Positions 29,942-43,970 of a stretch of 64,000 bases of DNA are shown here, one piece after another. Under the pieces are notes generated by a model. The model had not been told where the DNA came from. It made no database searches and saw only the letters and a program-made list of their open reading frames with translations. Source of the stretch: the human T2T-CHM13v2.0 reference genome, Homo sapiens; the NCBI RefSeq assembly GCF_009914755.1, contig NC_060936.1, one strand, 5' to 3'. Position numbers and translations under genes: made by a program. Each line of letters opens with the position of its first letter. Positions within the stretch are counted from its first letter, which is position 1.

Positions 29942-30052
29942 GTTTGCTGGAGCATCCAGAGAAGCAGGCAAGAGAAAGAGCCTGGCAGGAAGGAGGCAGA
30001 GACCAGAGAGGAAAGGAGCTCTGACTCCTTTGAAAAGATCTGGCTCCGGCTC

Positions 30053-30140
30053 TATATATATACACACACACACACATTACTGGGCTGGGCACCTTTACAA
30101 TCCTGAAAGGGGAGTATTAATGTTTAGTTTGCCTGCCAGC
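30053..30140 (-). promoter_or_regulatory. KRT77: KRT77 core promoter: TATA within (TA)5(CA)7 plus AARCCAAA-like module
   Basis: TATATATATA 30053-30062; GCTGGCAGGCAAACTAAAC 30122-30140 on the minus strand. Confidence 0.7.
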
Positions 30141-31380
30141 AACATCTGTTTAAAACCTCACACCTGTGAGTTGCAGAAATCAGATTGCAGACAAACTTCC
30201 CCAACTCGATCATTTATCATTCATCTCTTGCCATTTAGAGATCAGAATGCAAGAATCTCTCAGGATCTCATTGCTGGAAACTTCTATACAGATTCTCCCC
30301 AAATCATCAGTTCATCTCTTCCTAAGAAACTCCACCATCGAGTTGTTTGTTTCTGGGATGTGCCTGGGAGATCTGGGGCAAAGTTAGATGGTGTTTAGAG
30401 ACCTCAGGACCATAGCTGGGACAGAGGTGGAAACACTTTCTGTCACAGCATCGTCCTGGTGGGGCAAAAGTTTTGTTCCAATCTCCCCACACACTGCTTC
30501 TGCTCCCTGCAGTTATCATCACCATGAGCACCCAAAATTTTATCACATGGAAGTGCAATATTGTGGTCACTGAGTACAAGTGGAGGCCCACAGATTCTGC
30601 CCAAGGTCATTCACATTGTGTGCTGCTTGATAAGCCTCAGACTTCTCAAACACAAAACCACACAAGGTACTTCAGCACCAAAAGTCTGTGGTTATAGATT
30701 TGTTGAGCATCTACCAGTACCTAATATTGTCTTCTAGACCAGAAGACAAACCATCCCTAACTATCTCTCTTTCTGTTTTATCATTTCCGGTTCTTTATAG
30801 ACAATACTTTTGTAAAATAGAATTAAAGGAATTACCTCCTAAAGATAATTTTTTAAAAAAGATATACAAAATGCAAGCCCAAATTTTTTTTATTTTTAGA
30901 TTCAGCAAACAAAACATTGTTTAACTGCTAAAAATAGCAACAATAATAATAATTTTCTAAATGGTTACTCTCAAATTCTGTGCTTACCACAAGGCAATAG
31001 CAAAGCACGGTAGACCAGCACTAATCTGTGCTCACCCTCTGAGAAGCACGTCCCAGACAGCATCCTGGGGAAAAGCTCATTCAGTGAGCATCAGTGTCCG
31101 CCAACAAAAAAATGTGCGTTTTCCCTCTGGACTCAAATAGCTGTGGCTTTCATCCAAAATGTAATAATAATTTTTTTAACTTGGGGAAAAACTCTCCAGC
31201 CTTAGAAAAATGGCTAAGCGATGGCTTGCCCAATTGGATACAATTATTTTAAATCATCTTGTTGGAGACTCTGCAGCAGAACCGGCAACCACTTGTGATA
31301 CTATGTACCATATTAAAGGGAAAGGGCAGACTACATGATGGAGTCTGCGCTGTGAACTCATAAGAATTAAGAATGCAGAA

Positions 31381-32073
<693 letters not shown>

Positions 32074-32133
32074 GAATTTTCCTGGTGTTTTAAATGTCCT
32101 TTTTCTTTATGTTCATTGCAATAAATATTTTTT

Positions 32134-32411
<278 letters not shown>

Positions 32412-33368
32412 GAAAGTTGTGGCAGAAATCCCAATAGAGGTGGGGAAGAACAGGTGGTAGAAACAAGAGCACTGTGGGGGCACCGCAGTGAAAAGTCATC
32501 CTGGTACAGGGAAATGCTCCAAGGGCAATTCCAAGCTTCCACACCCTCTTCTCATGAACCTCTGCATTCCGTACATGGTATCTGTTCAGTGGGTCATCCA
32601 GGAGACACTGTGTGATAGAGGAGACAATGAGCCTGAAATTTATAGGCAGAAGCTCTGCTGCTTGCTGGTTGTGTCTAGAGCCTCAGACACTTAAGGAACC
32701 TAGAGCCTCTCAGACACTTAAGGAACCAAAGTGTCTATTTCTCAAGGATTCAAAGCTATATATAAGTCATGTGGGGAGAAAAAAGCAGAGCACTGGAATC
32801 ACTAAACAAGCAGAAATAGCTGCTCACAGATCCTGGTGGGATGACAGCTGTCCTGCTTTGCCTAGGATTTTCAGTACTTAAACCAAGATATACCTGGGCA
32901 AATCAGAACAGTTGGTCACCCTAGCCCTAGGCACCTATGGTCCACACAGCCATACTCCTAACCCTAAGGTAAGAGAGGGAAGCCAGGGCCTAGCCTCCAG
33001 CACAGAGTGACAAGGAGAGAACCAGTAGAAGCAGAGGAAGGAAAGAGAGGTGAAGCTAGGGAAAGGGGTGGGTTCATGTGAGAAAGCTGCCTGAAGACCA
33101 GGATTCTGAGTCAGATATCAGAGGAGAGGCAGAAAGAACAGAGCAGGGGGAAGAAGTAGGGGTCTGGCTGAGAAAATGGGGGCTGATAGGAGAAGGGACA
33201 GTAAGTACCAGACAGGAAACAGCAGTGGTGTGGCGAACAGATCCTTGAGTTGGGCATCTTGAAACCCAGCTCTGACTCCTGGCTCCGCCCCCTCCTAGCC
33301 CCATGGCTGGGACACTTGACTCCTTGAACCTCAGTTTCCTGACCTCTAAAATAAAGAAAATAGTAACC

Positions 33369-33681
<313 letters not shown>

Positions 33682-34967
33682 CTATGAACAAATATGGAAG
33701 AGCACTTTGCAAGCCCCAAGGAGTCACACAAGTGAGGTTCTGTTCCCCAACCCCTCCCTGTGAACCCACCTCTCTCTCCGGCTGCACCACTCACTTTCAA
33801 CCCCACCTCCTCCTCATGAAGAATACACATAATTAACCCCTTCGCATCTGTCTCTACTGCCACCTAAACAAACAGGAAGCTCCTTGCTGTTGGGACAAGA
33901 CTTCATGGACCAGGAGCCCCTTTCTTCCTGCAACTGCTGGGCAGAGTGGGCCAATAACAAAGGCCTTCATGACTGAGCTAAAGTAAAGAGACGTGGACAG
34001 CTTAGAGAACCAAGAGCTTGGGCCCCACAATTAAGTGCCCCTGGAGTTAAAGCCCAGCTCCCCCCATGTACCAGTTTTATGATTGAACTAATCACTGAGT
34101 TCCCTGAACGCTATTCATCTGACCCTTAAATAGAGCACTTGAAGACAACAAATATTTTAAAAGGCTTGCTCTTACGAGAGGTGTTATTGTGTGGCTGTGG
34201 CTACAGCATTGAGACCTATGAATGCGATGAGAGTTTTTAGAAAGACAGGCAGCTGGAAAAGGCTTCACAGAAGCAAAGGCAAGCTCAAGCTAACCTCGAA
34301 GGATGTACTGTAGGCCAGTGAGAGGGTGCTCTGTTGTAGGGACTGGGACTGGGAAGGACCAGAGAAACTGCTCGTGCCAAGGCCTAGAGGAAGGAACGGG
34401 CATGTGAGGGGGTGGGATGGGGGAGCCATGAAGAGGCCCCCTTGCCTCGAGGGAGCAACTGGGAAACCCTGAGGCCTGAGTTTGGCTTCGGTCACAGAGG
34501 GCTCCAGCAATGTCTTTGAGTGGAATTTGTTCAGCACTCGCCCAGGTTTCTATATACTGTCATGCTGAATGTGAAAATATTCCATTGTGATAACATAAAA
34601 AAGGAAGTCCCGGACAGCAGAGTTTAGGAAGCTTCTTTGATCTCTGTCTATGATCAGCTTTCAGCATTCAATGCCAACATTGTCATCTACCTCCCGTCAG
34701 CTGATGGCCCCTGCTGGGCTGTTGTCATCCCTTGAAGGGCTTGGGAGGGGAGGAGGGACACACCCACTAACTGAGCTTTTGGTGGAGGGTGATAGCTATG
34801 CTCTACTTCCTCAGAAGAAAAAAAAATGACTTAAAGTGAAGCACGAGAGATTTTGCTTGTCTCAAAGGAAGTGTTTCAACTCAGATCAATATTAGTGGGT
34901 AAATAATGTTCCTAGGACGAATCACTACCCCTAAAAGAAACTCCTCAGCTGGTTAGACTGCAGAGAG

Positions 34968-35134
34968 CAGCGGTTTCTAAACTGGCTCACACTGGAATCA
35001 CCTAGAAAGCTTCAAAATCGCTGGTGCCTGGGCCCACACCTAAGGAGTAGAGTTTAATTGGTCTGGGGCTATGGTCTGGACTTTAGAATTTTTAAAAGGT
35101 GGTTTTAATGTGCAGCAAGTTTGGAGACCACTGA
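34968..35134. mobile_element. MER5A1-like hAT DNA transposon
   Basis: Ends CAGCGGTTTCTAAACT and AGTTTGGAGACCACTG; internal GAATCACCT and TTAATTGGTCTGGGG. Confidence 0.75.
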
Positions 35135-36690
35135 CCTGGAGGAAACAGGACAAATGAAACAGCCTCTTTAGATTCCATTCAGTCTAAGGACACAGATAGG
35201 AGTAACAATCATTATCATAATAGTGAACTTCACCAGGTGATTTCCATGGACCATGCACTGTGCTGTCTATAACATGGAAGGTCTCGTGAAATCTAAATAC
35301 CAACATCATAAGGAAGATATTCTTACTATGTTCATTTTGCAAATGGAGAAAGTGAGACTTGGAAAGAGAATCTTGTCAAAGAATACACTAATGAAAATAG
35401 TGGAATGGAGATTTGAACCCGCGCATTCCCACTTCAGAACCTACATGTATTGCAAAAGAGATGGGGTCGTTGGAGAGAGATGTGCCCGCTTCCTCCTCTC
35501 CCCACCTGCCACCTTAAAAGGAAAGTGGGAAGTTAGTTGAAGGCTGCAGCTCACCCAGCCCATCTCCCAGTTACTGAAACCCAGGGCTGCCAAGAAGGTG
35601 AGGCCCAGAGCAACTATCAGCCACCTGGATCACAGTTCCAGACAGCAGCGGGAAGCAGGGTTCAGAAGAGCTGCTGGTATGACCAGCAGGAGCAGCTCCC
35701 AAAGCTCTATCCCCTACCTCACCCTACATTTCCCAGGGTCTGGAGGTGGATATCACAGAGGTGTGTCAGGGGCGTGGGGCTGGAAAAAGGAAGGGAGAGA
35801 GACTCTCACTCACCAGTCCCCACCAAGAAGAGAGTGGAGAGCTGCAGCCCCGGTCTAGGAATGGGGGCCTTTAACCTCCTTGAAATGAGAGCCTTTTGAC
35901 CTGTCGTCAGCACAGGGGAGGCAGTGATGTGACACATATCGGAGAGAAACCTATTGGAGCTGAATAGAAGCTGCTAGACTTGGCTTCCCCACCCTTGGCC
36001 CACTCTTCTTCCTGCGTAACAGCATCACAGCCAAACATATGATGGACGGTATCAGCCCAGTCCTTCATTTTACAAGGAAGAAATGGGTACAAAGACAGGG
36101 ACTTGGCCAAAGTTACCCAAAAAAGTTGGTGGTGCAGATAGAATGAGAACTTGGCTACCCTCCCCCGAATTCAGAAAGAATAAGGAGGCCTATGTGAAAT
36201 TCCCAGGTGCCTCTGTGCTCCTGCAGCCTGGGAGAGATGACTATATGGGGCGTTCCACCTTCAATCTCTAACAAGCCTGCACGCAGGCATGAGAAGGTGG
36301 TGCCAGGCACACAGGAACATCCCTGGTGAATCCTCTGATTTCTGGGTTGGGGTGTGTGTTTGGGGCAACACCTAGGGCCTTAAGCTCCTACTGAGGCCCA
36401 AAACTAGCCTGGACACCACTTTGACATCCCTTTAACTAGAATCTCAGTGTCTGCCTAGAGCATAAGAATCGGGCAGTCTCCTTCCTTCTCGGCAAACCCA
36501 ATAGGTGCTTTTGGGCCTGGATATTGTCTAGAGGCCTCACTAAGGGCAGCTTGCAAATTCCCACGGCAAAGGTCCAGAGACAATATTGTGCCAAGCGTGT
36601 CAAAGCTCTTCCATCCAACATACTGGAAGTCATGACTATTTATACAATCATTTATTTATTTATTTATACAACCATTTATTTGTTTATAAT

Positions 36691-36758
36691 TCACCCAGGC
36701 TGAAATGCTCACTGCAACCTCCACCTCCCGGGTTCAAGTGATTCTTGTGCCTCAGCCT
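36691..36758 (-). mobile_element. Alu right-arm fragment with internal deletion
   Basis: TCACCCAGGCTGAAATGCTCACTGCAACCTCCACCTCCCGGGTTCAAGTGATTCT. Confidence 0.85.
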
Positions 36759-38076
36759 GGCAACTCTTTTGTCTCTGAAGCAAAGGGAGCAGCTAGGCAG
36801 GTGTGGCCCCAAAGGAAAATAAGGCTACAGGTTAGACTTGGATTGAATTCCAAAAGAAACAGTGAGGTCCCAGCGGAGGAATGGTGCTGTCTGGGCAGAG
36901 AATGCTTCTATATGTTGGATCAAAGAGGACGGGCCAGTCTCAAGGTTACAGGGGTAGTTAGTGGTGGGGTGGGACCAGCATTCCAAGTCCCTGAGGGTAA
37001 TATGAGACCTGCCATCAATTCCAGGTTCGTGTCTCACTTGACCATGATGGGAGAGATTACAGTGCTTTATAACCATAAGGAATTTGCAGTGTATTATTCT
37101 CTTCATTTAAAGAATAGACAGGTTCCTGAAACACTGGCCATAATTAGTAATGACCTTTTATTGAGCTCTTACAATGTGCCAAGAATTAAACAGATGACAT
37201 GATTCCATCCACACAACTGCATTTTACTGATGACTTTTGGGTGAGGGGTCTGGAGGGTGGCTCAAGGTCACAAACTCCTGGTAAGGAGTGGGCCCAGATT
37301 ACACCTAGCAGCTGGGTTCCAAAGCCTGAGAGTTTCTTGCTGTACTATCTTATCTTCTGCTTTATGGGGCAATTTAGGAGGGCTTTGAGGTTAGGCCTTC
37401 TGGAGTTTGAATCCTGGTGCCATCCCTTCTAGTTACATGACCTTGGATAAGTTCATCCATCTCTCTGCGCTTTCATTTCCTCTTTTGTGAAGCAGAGGCC
37501 ATAACACTGCCTACCTCACAGGGCTGTGAAGATTAGATGGGTTAATTCAGAAAAGCTCAGCACATGTCAGGCAAATAACAAGAGATCATCTACTTTAGCA
37601 ATTATTACATTATTACAAAAGTAAATTTCTATTAACCAAACTGCATTTTCCATCCAGCTTCCCTTAAATTAGAAAGTCACCATAAGCAGGAAACTGTGGC
37701 CCTGTAATATATTGTAAATCATATAAAAGATGCAGACAAGCTTTTCTTTAATCATCTATTTAAAGGAAGATGGCAATTTATTGATGAGTTTGAAACAAGC
37801 CAAAAGTATCTCCTCTGTCATTAAGCTAAAGGGCAATCTCTCCAAGCTGCATTCACTGCTTAGGAGGCACATGTGGGTTTGCTTTTTCTTGTTCATTTAG
37901 AGAATTTGTTCACCATAGAGAAAATTTCATAATAACTGAAATTTTGTACCCTTTAAGCAACATCTCCCCATTTCTCCCACCCCTACTTCCAACTCCTGGC
38001 AACCACCCTTCAACTCCATTTCTATGAGTTTGACTGTCTTAGATTACACATATAGTGAGATTCTAAGGTATTTGTC

Positions 38077-38238
38077 TTTTTTTTTTTTTTTTTTTTTTTG
38101 AGACAGGGCAGGGTTTGGCTCTGTCGCCCAGGCTGAAATATTCACTGCAACCTCCACCTCCCGGGTTCGAGAGATTCTCATGCCTCAACCTCCCAAGTAG
38201 CTGGGATCACAGGCATGTGCCACCACGCCCAGCTAAAA
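38077..38238 (-). mobile_element. Alu right arm (5'-truncated) inserted in L1, TSD TATTTGTCTTT
   Basis: Poly(T), right-arm sequence, same internal deletion as 36691-36758. Confidence 0.88.
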
Positions 38239-38737
38239 TATTTGTCTTTCAATGTCTGGCTTATTTCACTTAGCATCATGTCCTCCATTTTTCTATGTTG
38301 TTCCAAATGACAAGATTTCCTCCTTTGTATGGCTAAATAATATCCCATTGTGTATATATTCTACATTTTCTTTGTCCATTTATCCATCAACAGACACTTA
38401 GGTTGATTTCATATCTTGGCTATTGTGGATAAAACTGCAGTAAACATGAAGGTGCAGATATCTCTTCAAGATAGTGATTTAATTTCCCTTGGATATATAC
38501 TCAGACGTGGAGTTGCTGGGTCATATGGTAGTTCCATTTTTAATGTTTTGAGGAACCTCCATACTGGTTTCCATCATGGCTGTACTGTACAAACTTACCT
38601 TCCCACCCACAGTGTACAAGCGTTCAACATCACTAACCATCAGAGAAACGCAGATCAAAACCACGATGAGACATTACTTCACAACTGTTACGATGGCTAT
38701 ATCAAAAAGATAAAGGATAAGAGTGAGGGCGTGGAGA

Positions 38738-39180
38738 TAATAGCAAAGACTTGGAACCAACCCAAATGTCCATCAAAGATAGACTGGATTAAGAAAATGT
38801 GGCACATATACACCATGGAATACTATGCAGCCATAAAAAAGGATGAGTTCATGTCCTTTGTAGGGACATGGATGAAGCTAGAAACCATCATTCTCAGCAA
38901 ACTATTGCAAGGACAGAAAACCAAACACCACGTGTTCTCACTCATAGGTGGGAATTGAACAATGAGAACACTTGGACACAGGATGGGGAACGTCACACAC
39001 CAGGGCCTGTCATGTGGTAGGGGGAGGGAGGAGGGATAGCATTAGGAGATATACCTAATGTAAATGACGAGCTAACGGGTGCAGCACACCAACATGGCAC
39101 ATGTATACACATGTAACAAACCTGCACATTGTGCACATGTACCCTAGAATTTAAAGTATAATAATAATAAAAAAGAAAAA
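38738..39180 (+). mobile_element. L1PA4/5-like 3' fragment with 19-bp TSD
   Basis: ORF2 C-terminus IAKTWNQPKCP...SLIGGN*, 3' UTR, A-tail; TSD AAGA(G/A)TGAGGGCGTGGAGA at 38719-38737 and 39181-39199. Confidence 0.95.
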
Positions 39181-40484
39181 AAGAATGAGGGCGTGGAGAA
39201 AAGAGAATCCTTGGACAGTGGGCTTGTTTTTGAGAGGTGAAGCCATAGCCCCTCCCAGTGCAAACTGCAGTGGACAGTCCCCAGGCTTCCTGCTCTCTGA
39301 TTTAGACTATCCCAGATAAGTGCTTCACCCTACAGCAGGAACATTCTCTGTTGAAGCTGTAGTTATGTGTTGTTTTTCTAGTGTGGTGAGCCTTTGGCTA
39401 TCCCTCTTGGCTTTTTGTGTACTTAGCTAAGAGTTTCTCTGATCTGTTATCAAGGAGAATTGTCTCTTTCTTGCTTTCTCTGACAACCTTTCTCAGTCCC
39501 CCACACTAGTGAGCATTTTACGAGGAAGGCCACCATGCACGTATGCCTTTGCATGTTTGCTTATGTTTTACTTCTCCCACTCACATGCCCTAATTTGCAA
39601 GGGGCCCCCGCATCCGGCACCAAACCTCTGTTTTATCCAAGTATTCCTGGATCTGCCTGTATTCTGTGCTCTCATCTGGGGTAGGGGTAGGGATGAGGGT
39701 GGAGGTGACCTGTTACCAAACCATTTGAAGTTCTTTGTTCTCATAACTGTCAATATTTGAAGGCTCCGCCCCACATCATATCAAACATGTTAACATACAT
39801 CCCTGGCATATATAACTTTTGCCATAAAACATTTGAATTTTTATAATTGCTTTTGAAAATGTTTGACTACCAGCAACTCCTTTGATTATAATTAGCTGTG
39901 ATTACTGGATAATTTCATACATATTTCGAATTACTAGAAAAACAAGGAAATCTAACCTACGACTTTTTTCAAATAAAATGAAATGTTTATGAATTCAAAT
40001 CTGAACAATTAGGAAGGTTGATGTATGTCATCCATAGTATCTCTTGGGTGAAAAGGCCCTGCCCCTCCAGCCTGGGAACTCTCAGTACTTCCTCCCCAGG
40101 GTCCCCCTCCCAGCTCAGACCAGAGCTGTGTGTGTGAAAGGGACTGTGAATGACCCACTGGCCACAAAGAAAGTCTCAATGACCTGGAAACCAGAATAAA
40201 AATTCTACCATGATGTCTGAAGCACAACGCACTTTATCGAAGATTGTACAGAACAGAGAATTCCTTTCTTGAAGCCAAGACGGGAAATCAAAGTACCAGC
40301 AGGAAGTGGTGACCGGGGAGGCCCTGCCTACAGGGAGGGGAATGGGCCGATTGGAACTGTCCCATAAGGCAGTGGGACATTGGCGGGGGTGAGGGCACCT
40401 TCAGGGCACAAGTGGTGACATGGGGGCCCAGCTCCTGGCCACTGCCTTGTGTGGGTGGATGTTTTTTCAGATTCTGTTTGTTTG

Positions 40485-41200
<716 letters not shown>

Positions 41201-43740
41201 ACAGGCTTCAAGGAGGGGAGGGGAGGTTGGTTCCTCCAAAACAGCCACCAACAGCTCTTCCAGCCTGCAGGCCGGATGGCCTCGCACCAGCGCTGGCACA
41301 TGGCTTGAGAAACTGCATTCCGAGGCCTCCAGCCCCTTCCCGGAGAAAGAACCCAATACTCACCTAGGATCACGGAACTCTGGCACCTCCCAGACACCCT
41401 GTGCGGAAGACCAGAGAGTTCGCTCAGTTCCTCCCTCTCCTTAAACGGCCTTCCTTAGGTCAACAGCAAGGAGAGCCTTGGTCACCCCACCCCCATTCCC
41501 TCCTGATTGATGTAGAGAGTGAGAAATAAGCTGGACGGGTGCTCAGAAAATCATAAAACACATTCTTCTTTCTATTGGGTAAGGTTAAAGTGTTACTCTT
41601 TCCACTGACATCTCCCAAAGGGATACAGACCAGAGGATACAGAACATTTCTGGACCCACCCATCCTCTCCACCTCCTCAGGATACTCTTCATTTAGCAAA
41701 TGCTGTTTGAACCCACATGGGACAGAGCCCTATACCCATGTGCCAGTGTACGGGAACACACTCTTCAAAAACTTGCAGTTAAGGCATTAATAAAGAAATG
41801 GTCTAGAAATAACATTTATGTCTATGACCCTTCATCTTCGCAGACATACACTGTATAGCTAAAACATAGGACGTTATTCCAGGTAAGGCGCTAACGTGTT
41901 CATATGGCATAGGAAGCACAGCTTTCTTGGTGTGACAGCATCTCCCAGCCCTGAACAAGAGGCTGTGCCTGCCAATGGCCACCGCCACCTCCCACAGAAC
42001 GCACAGCTCCCACACCTGGCAGCACGCTCAGGCAGGAAAGCCCCAGGCCTCTGGCCTCCTGGGAACCAGACGGACTCTCACCTGCATTCCTCGCCCTCCA
42101 GGAGGGTCCGGTAGGTGGCGATCTCCACGTCCAGGGCCAGCTTGGCATTCATCAGCGCCTGGTACGCACAAAGCAGCAGAGCCAGGTCCTCTTTGGCCTG
42201 CCGCAGTCCAGACTTGATGTCCTGAAGCTTGGCATTGGTGTCCTTGAGGGCCACCTCCTAGCGCTGCTCTGCATCAGCGATGGTCATCTGCAGCTTGGCG
42301 TTCTTAGTGTGGGGAGCCAGGAGTCCAATTTAGATTCGAATGTCATTCACTGACGGCCCGTCCTGTGTGCTTGGTGCTTGCACGTGTGTTACCTGATGTT
42401 GGGCAAGTGAGGAAACCCCAGGCACAGGGGTTAAAGGCTATGCAGCTGGTCAGCAGAGAAGCCTGGGCTGGGATCTAGGTCCTAGCACACCAGGGAGTGG
42501 GATTAGAAACACCTGGCTTTAAGGGGCTATACCAACTCAGGAGGAGCCAGACCCTTCCTGTGCCTCTCTCCTTTTTTATGGGAAATAACTGAGCATCTTC
42601 TGAAAACTTCCCTCCTCCAGGAAGTCTTCATGAATTATCAGAGAAACCTTCTCTCTGCCTTAGCCCATCTAGATGTGGGCTTCCTTGGCTACTCCCCGAA
42701 TTCAGTCTTCAACAGTCAACTTCTTTCTCCAACCACCTAATCATGTCTTTACTCAGTTTCTATCCCATATCAACCTTCAAGCTCCAGGGAAGCAGAAACT
42801 AAATCCACGTAACAATCTTAGTTCAGCGCTAGCCCAGCACATCACCCAGGAAATCTTAGTGTACGTGAGTGGGGGCATGATTTTGCTTTGCGTAGGTGCT
42901 AGGCCTGAGTGTCATGATGGAAGCATAAGCCCACAGCCCTGGTCATGTTCTTTTCCTCCTCATCCCCACCTGCTTCTTGATGCTCTCGATCTCCACCCAC
43001 AGCCTCTGGGTCATCCTGTTGAGCTCCATGATCTCATTCTTGGTGTTCCTCAGGTCATCCCCATGCCTGCTGGCCGTGGTCTGCTGCTCCCCCAACTGTG
43101 TCCAGAAAAGTCACATTTTCAGAAAAGGGGTCTTATGGCTCACCTGCTTCAACACCTTCATACCACAAATGGAAAAACCAGAGCACAGTCGTATACAGAC
43201 CCAGTGCTCTCTCCCCACACCAGAAGCCCTGTCTTCCAGAACAGTAGCTACTGTCTGTTGAGCTGTCGCTGTGCACCAGACCCTCTGTTTTATCTCATTC
43301 ATCCTCACAACAACTTGATGAGAAAGGCATTATTATCCCCACCTTATACAAAAGGAAAACTGAGACTCAGATTGCCTGAGTTCCATGACCAAAGTCATCC
43401 AGCTATGGAGTGACAGTGTGGGCACTTGAATGCAAACATCCCAGATGCTGGAGCCAGCTTCTTTCTTAACCAGCAGAAAACCCAGGGGAAGAGTCAAATG
43501 TAGATGGACCAACTCTGTCTCATTCAGATTTGGGGAATGGGAGGGAAATGTACAGAATTCCCTGGGCCTGTGGAGTTAGACTTTGCTCATCCCCCTCCCT
43601 TGGCTGTTCCAGATACCAGCTTCAACACCTCAGTGTGATCAGAAGCGCAAGTAGATGCAGAGCCTTTGTGGAGGAGAAATGGAAGAGTTTCTAACACGAA
43701 ATAACAATAAAGGGGATGCAGCAAGAAAGATTTAGGTTAA

Positions 43741-43970
43741 GAATTTTTCAGCCTTGGCGCTATTGACATTTTGGGCATGATAGTTCTTTTTGCAGAGGCT
43801 GGCATCCTGTGCATTATAAGATGTTTACAGCATCCCTGGCCTCTACCCACTAGATGCCAGTTAGTACCCCCACCCCACTTTTAGGTATGACAATCAAAAA
43901 TGCCTGCAGATATTTCCAAATGTCCCATGGGGGAAAATCGTACCTTCCCCACTCTCTGTTGAGAAGCACT
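43741..43970. mobile_element. MER20 hAT DNA transposon
   Basis: CTATTGACATTTTGGGC...CATCCCTGGCCTCTACCCACTAGATGCCAG...CCAAATGTCCC...GTTGAGAAGCACTG. Confidence 0.88.

Larger units (their letters stand above)
37888..39220 (-). mobile_element. Old L1 (L1MA-like) with 5' inversion, hosting an Alu and a younger L1PA
   Basis: Minus-strand L1 3' end to ~38625, then + strand ORF2-end segment 38626-38737 and 39181-39220. Confidence 0.8.

Noticed and set aside
29942-30073. N-terminally extended KRT77 start in the ORF track
   Set aside because: Non-ATG start lying upstream of the TATA; the true ATG is at 29941 (AACATG context as in KRT1)
38416-38958. 180-aa ORF
   Set aside because: Chance fusion of antisense L1MA, inverted L1MA and L1PA ORF2 end
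42673-43413. 246-aa + strand ORF
   Set aside because: Spans intron, antisense pseudo-exon 6 and a MIR; no homology evident
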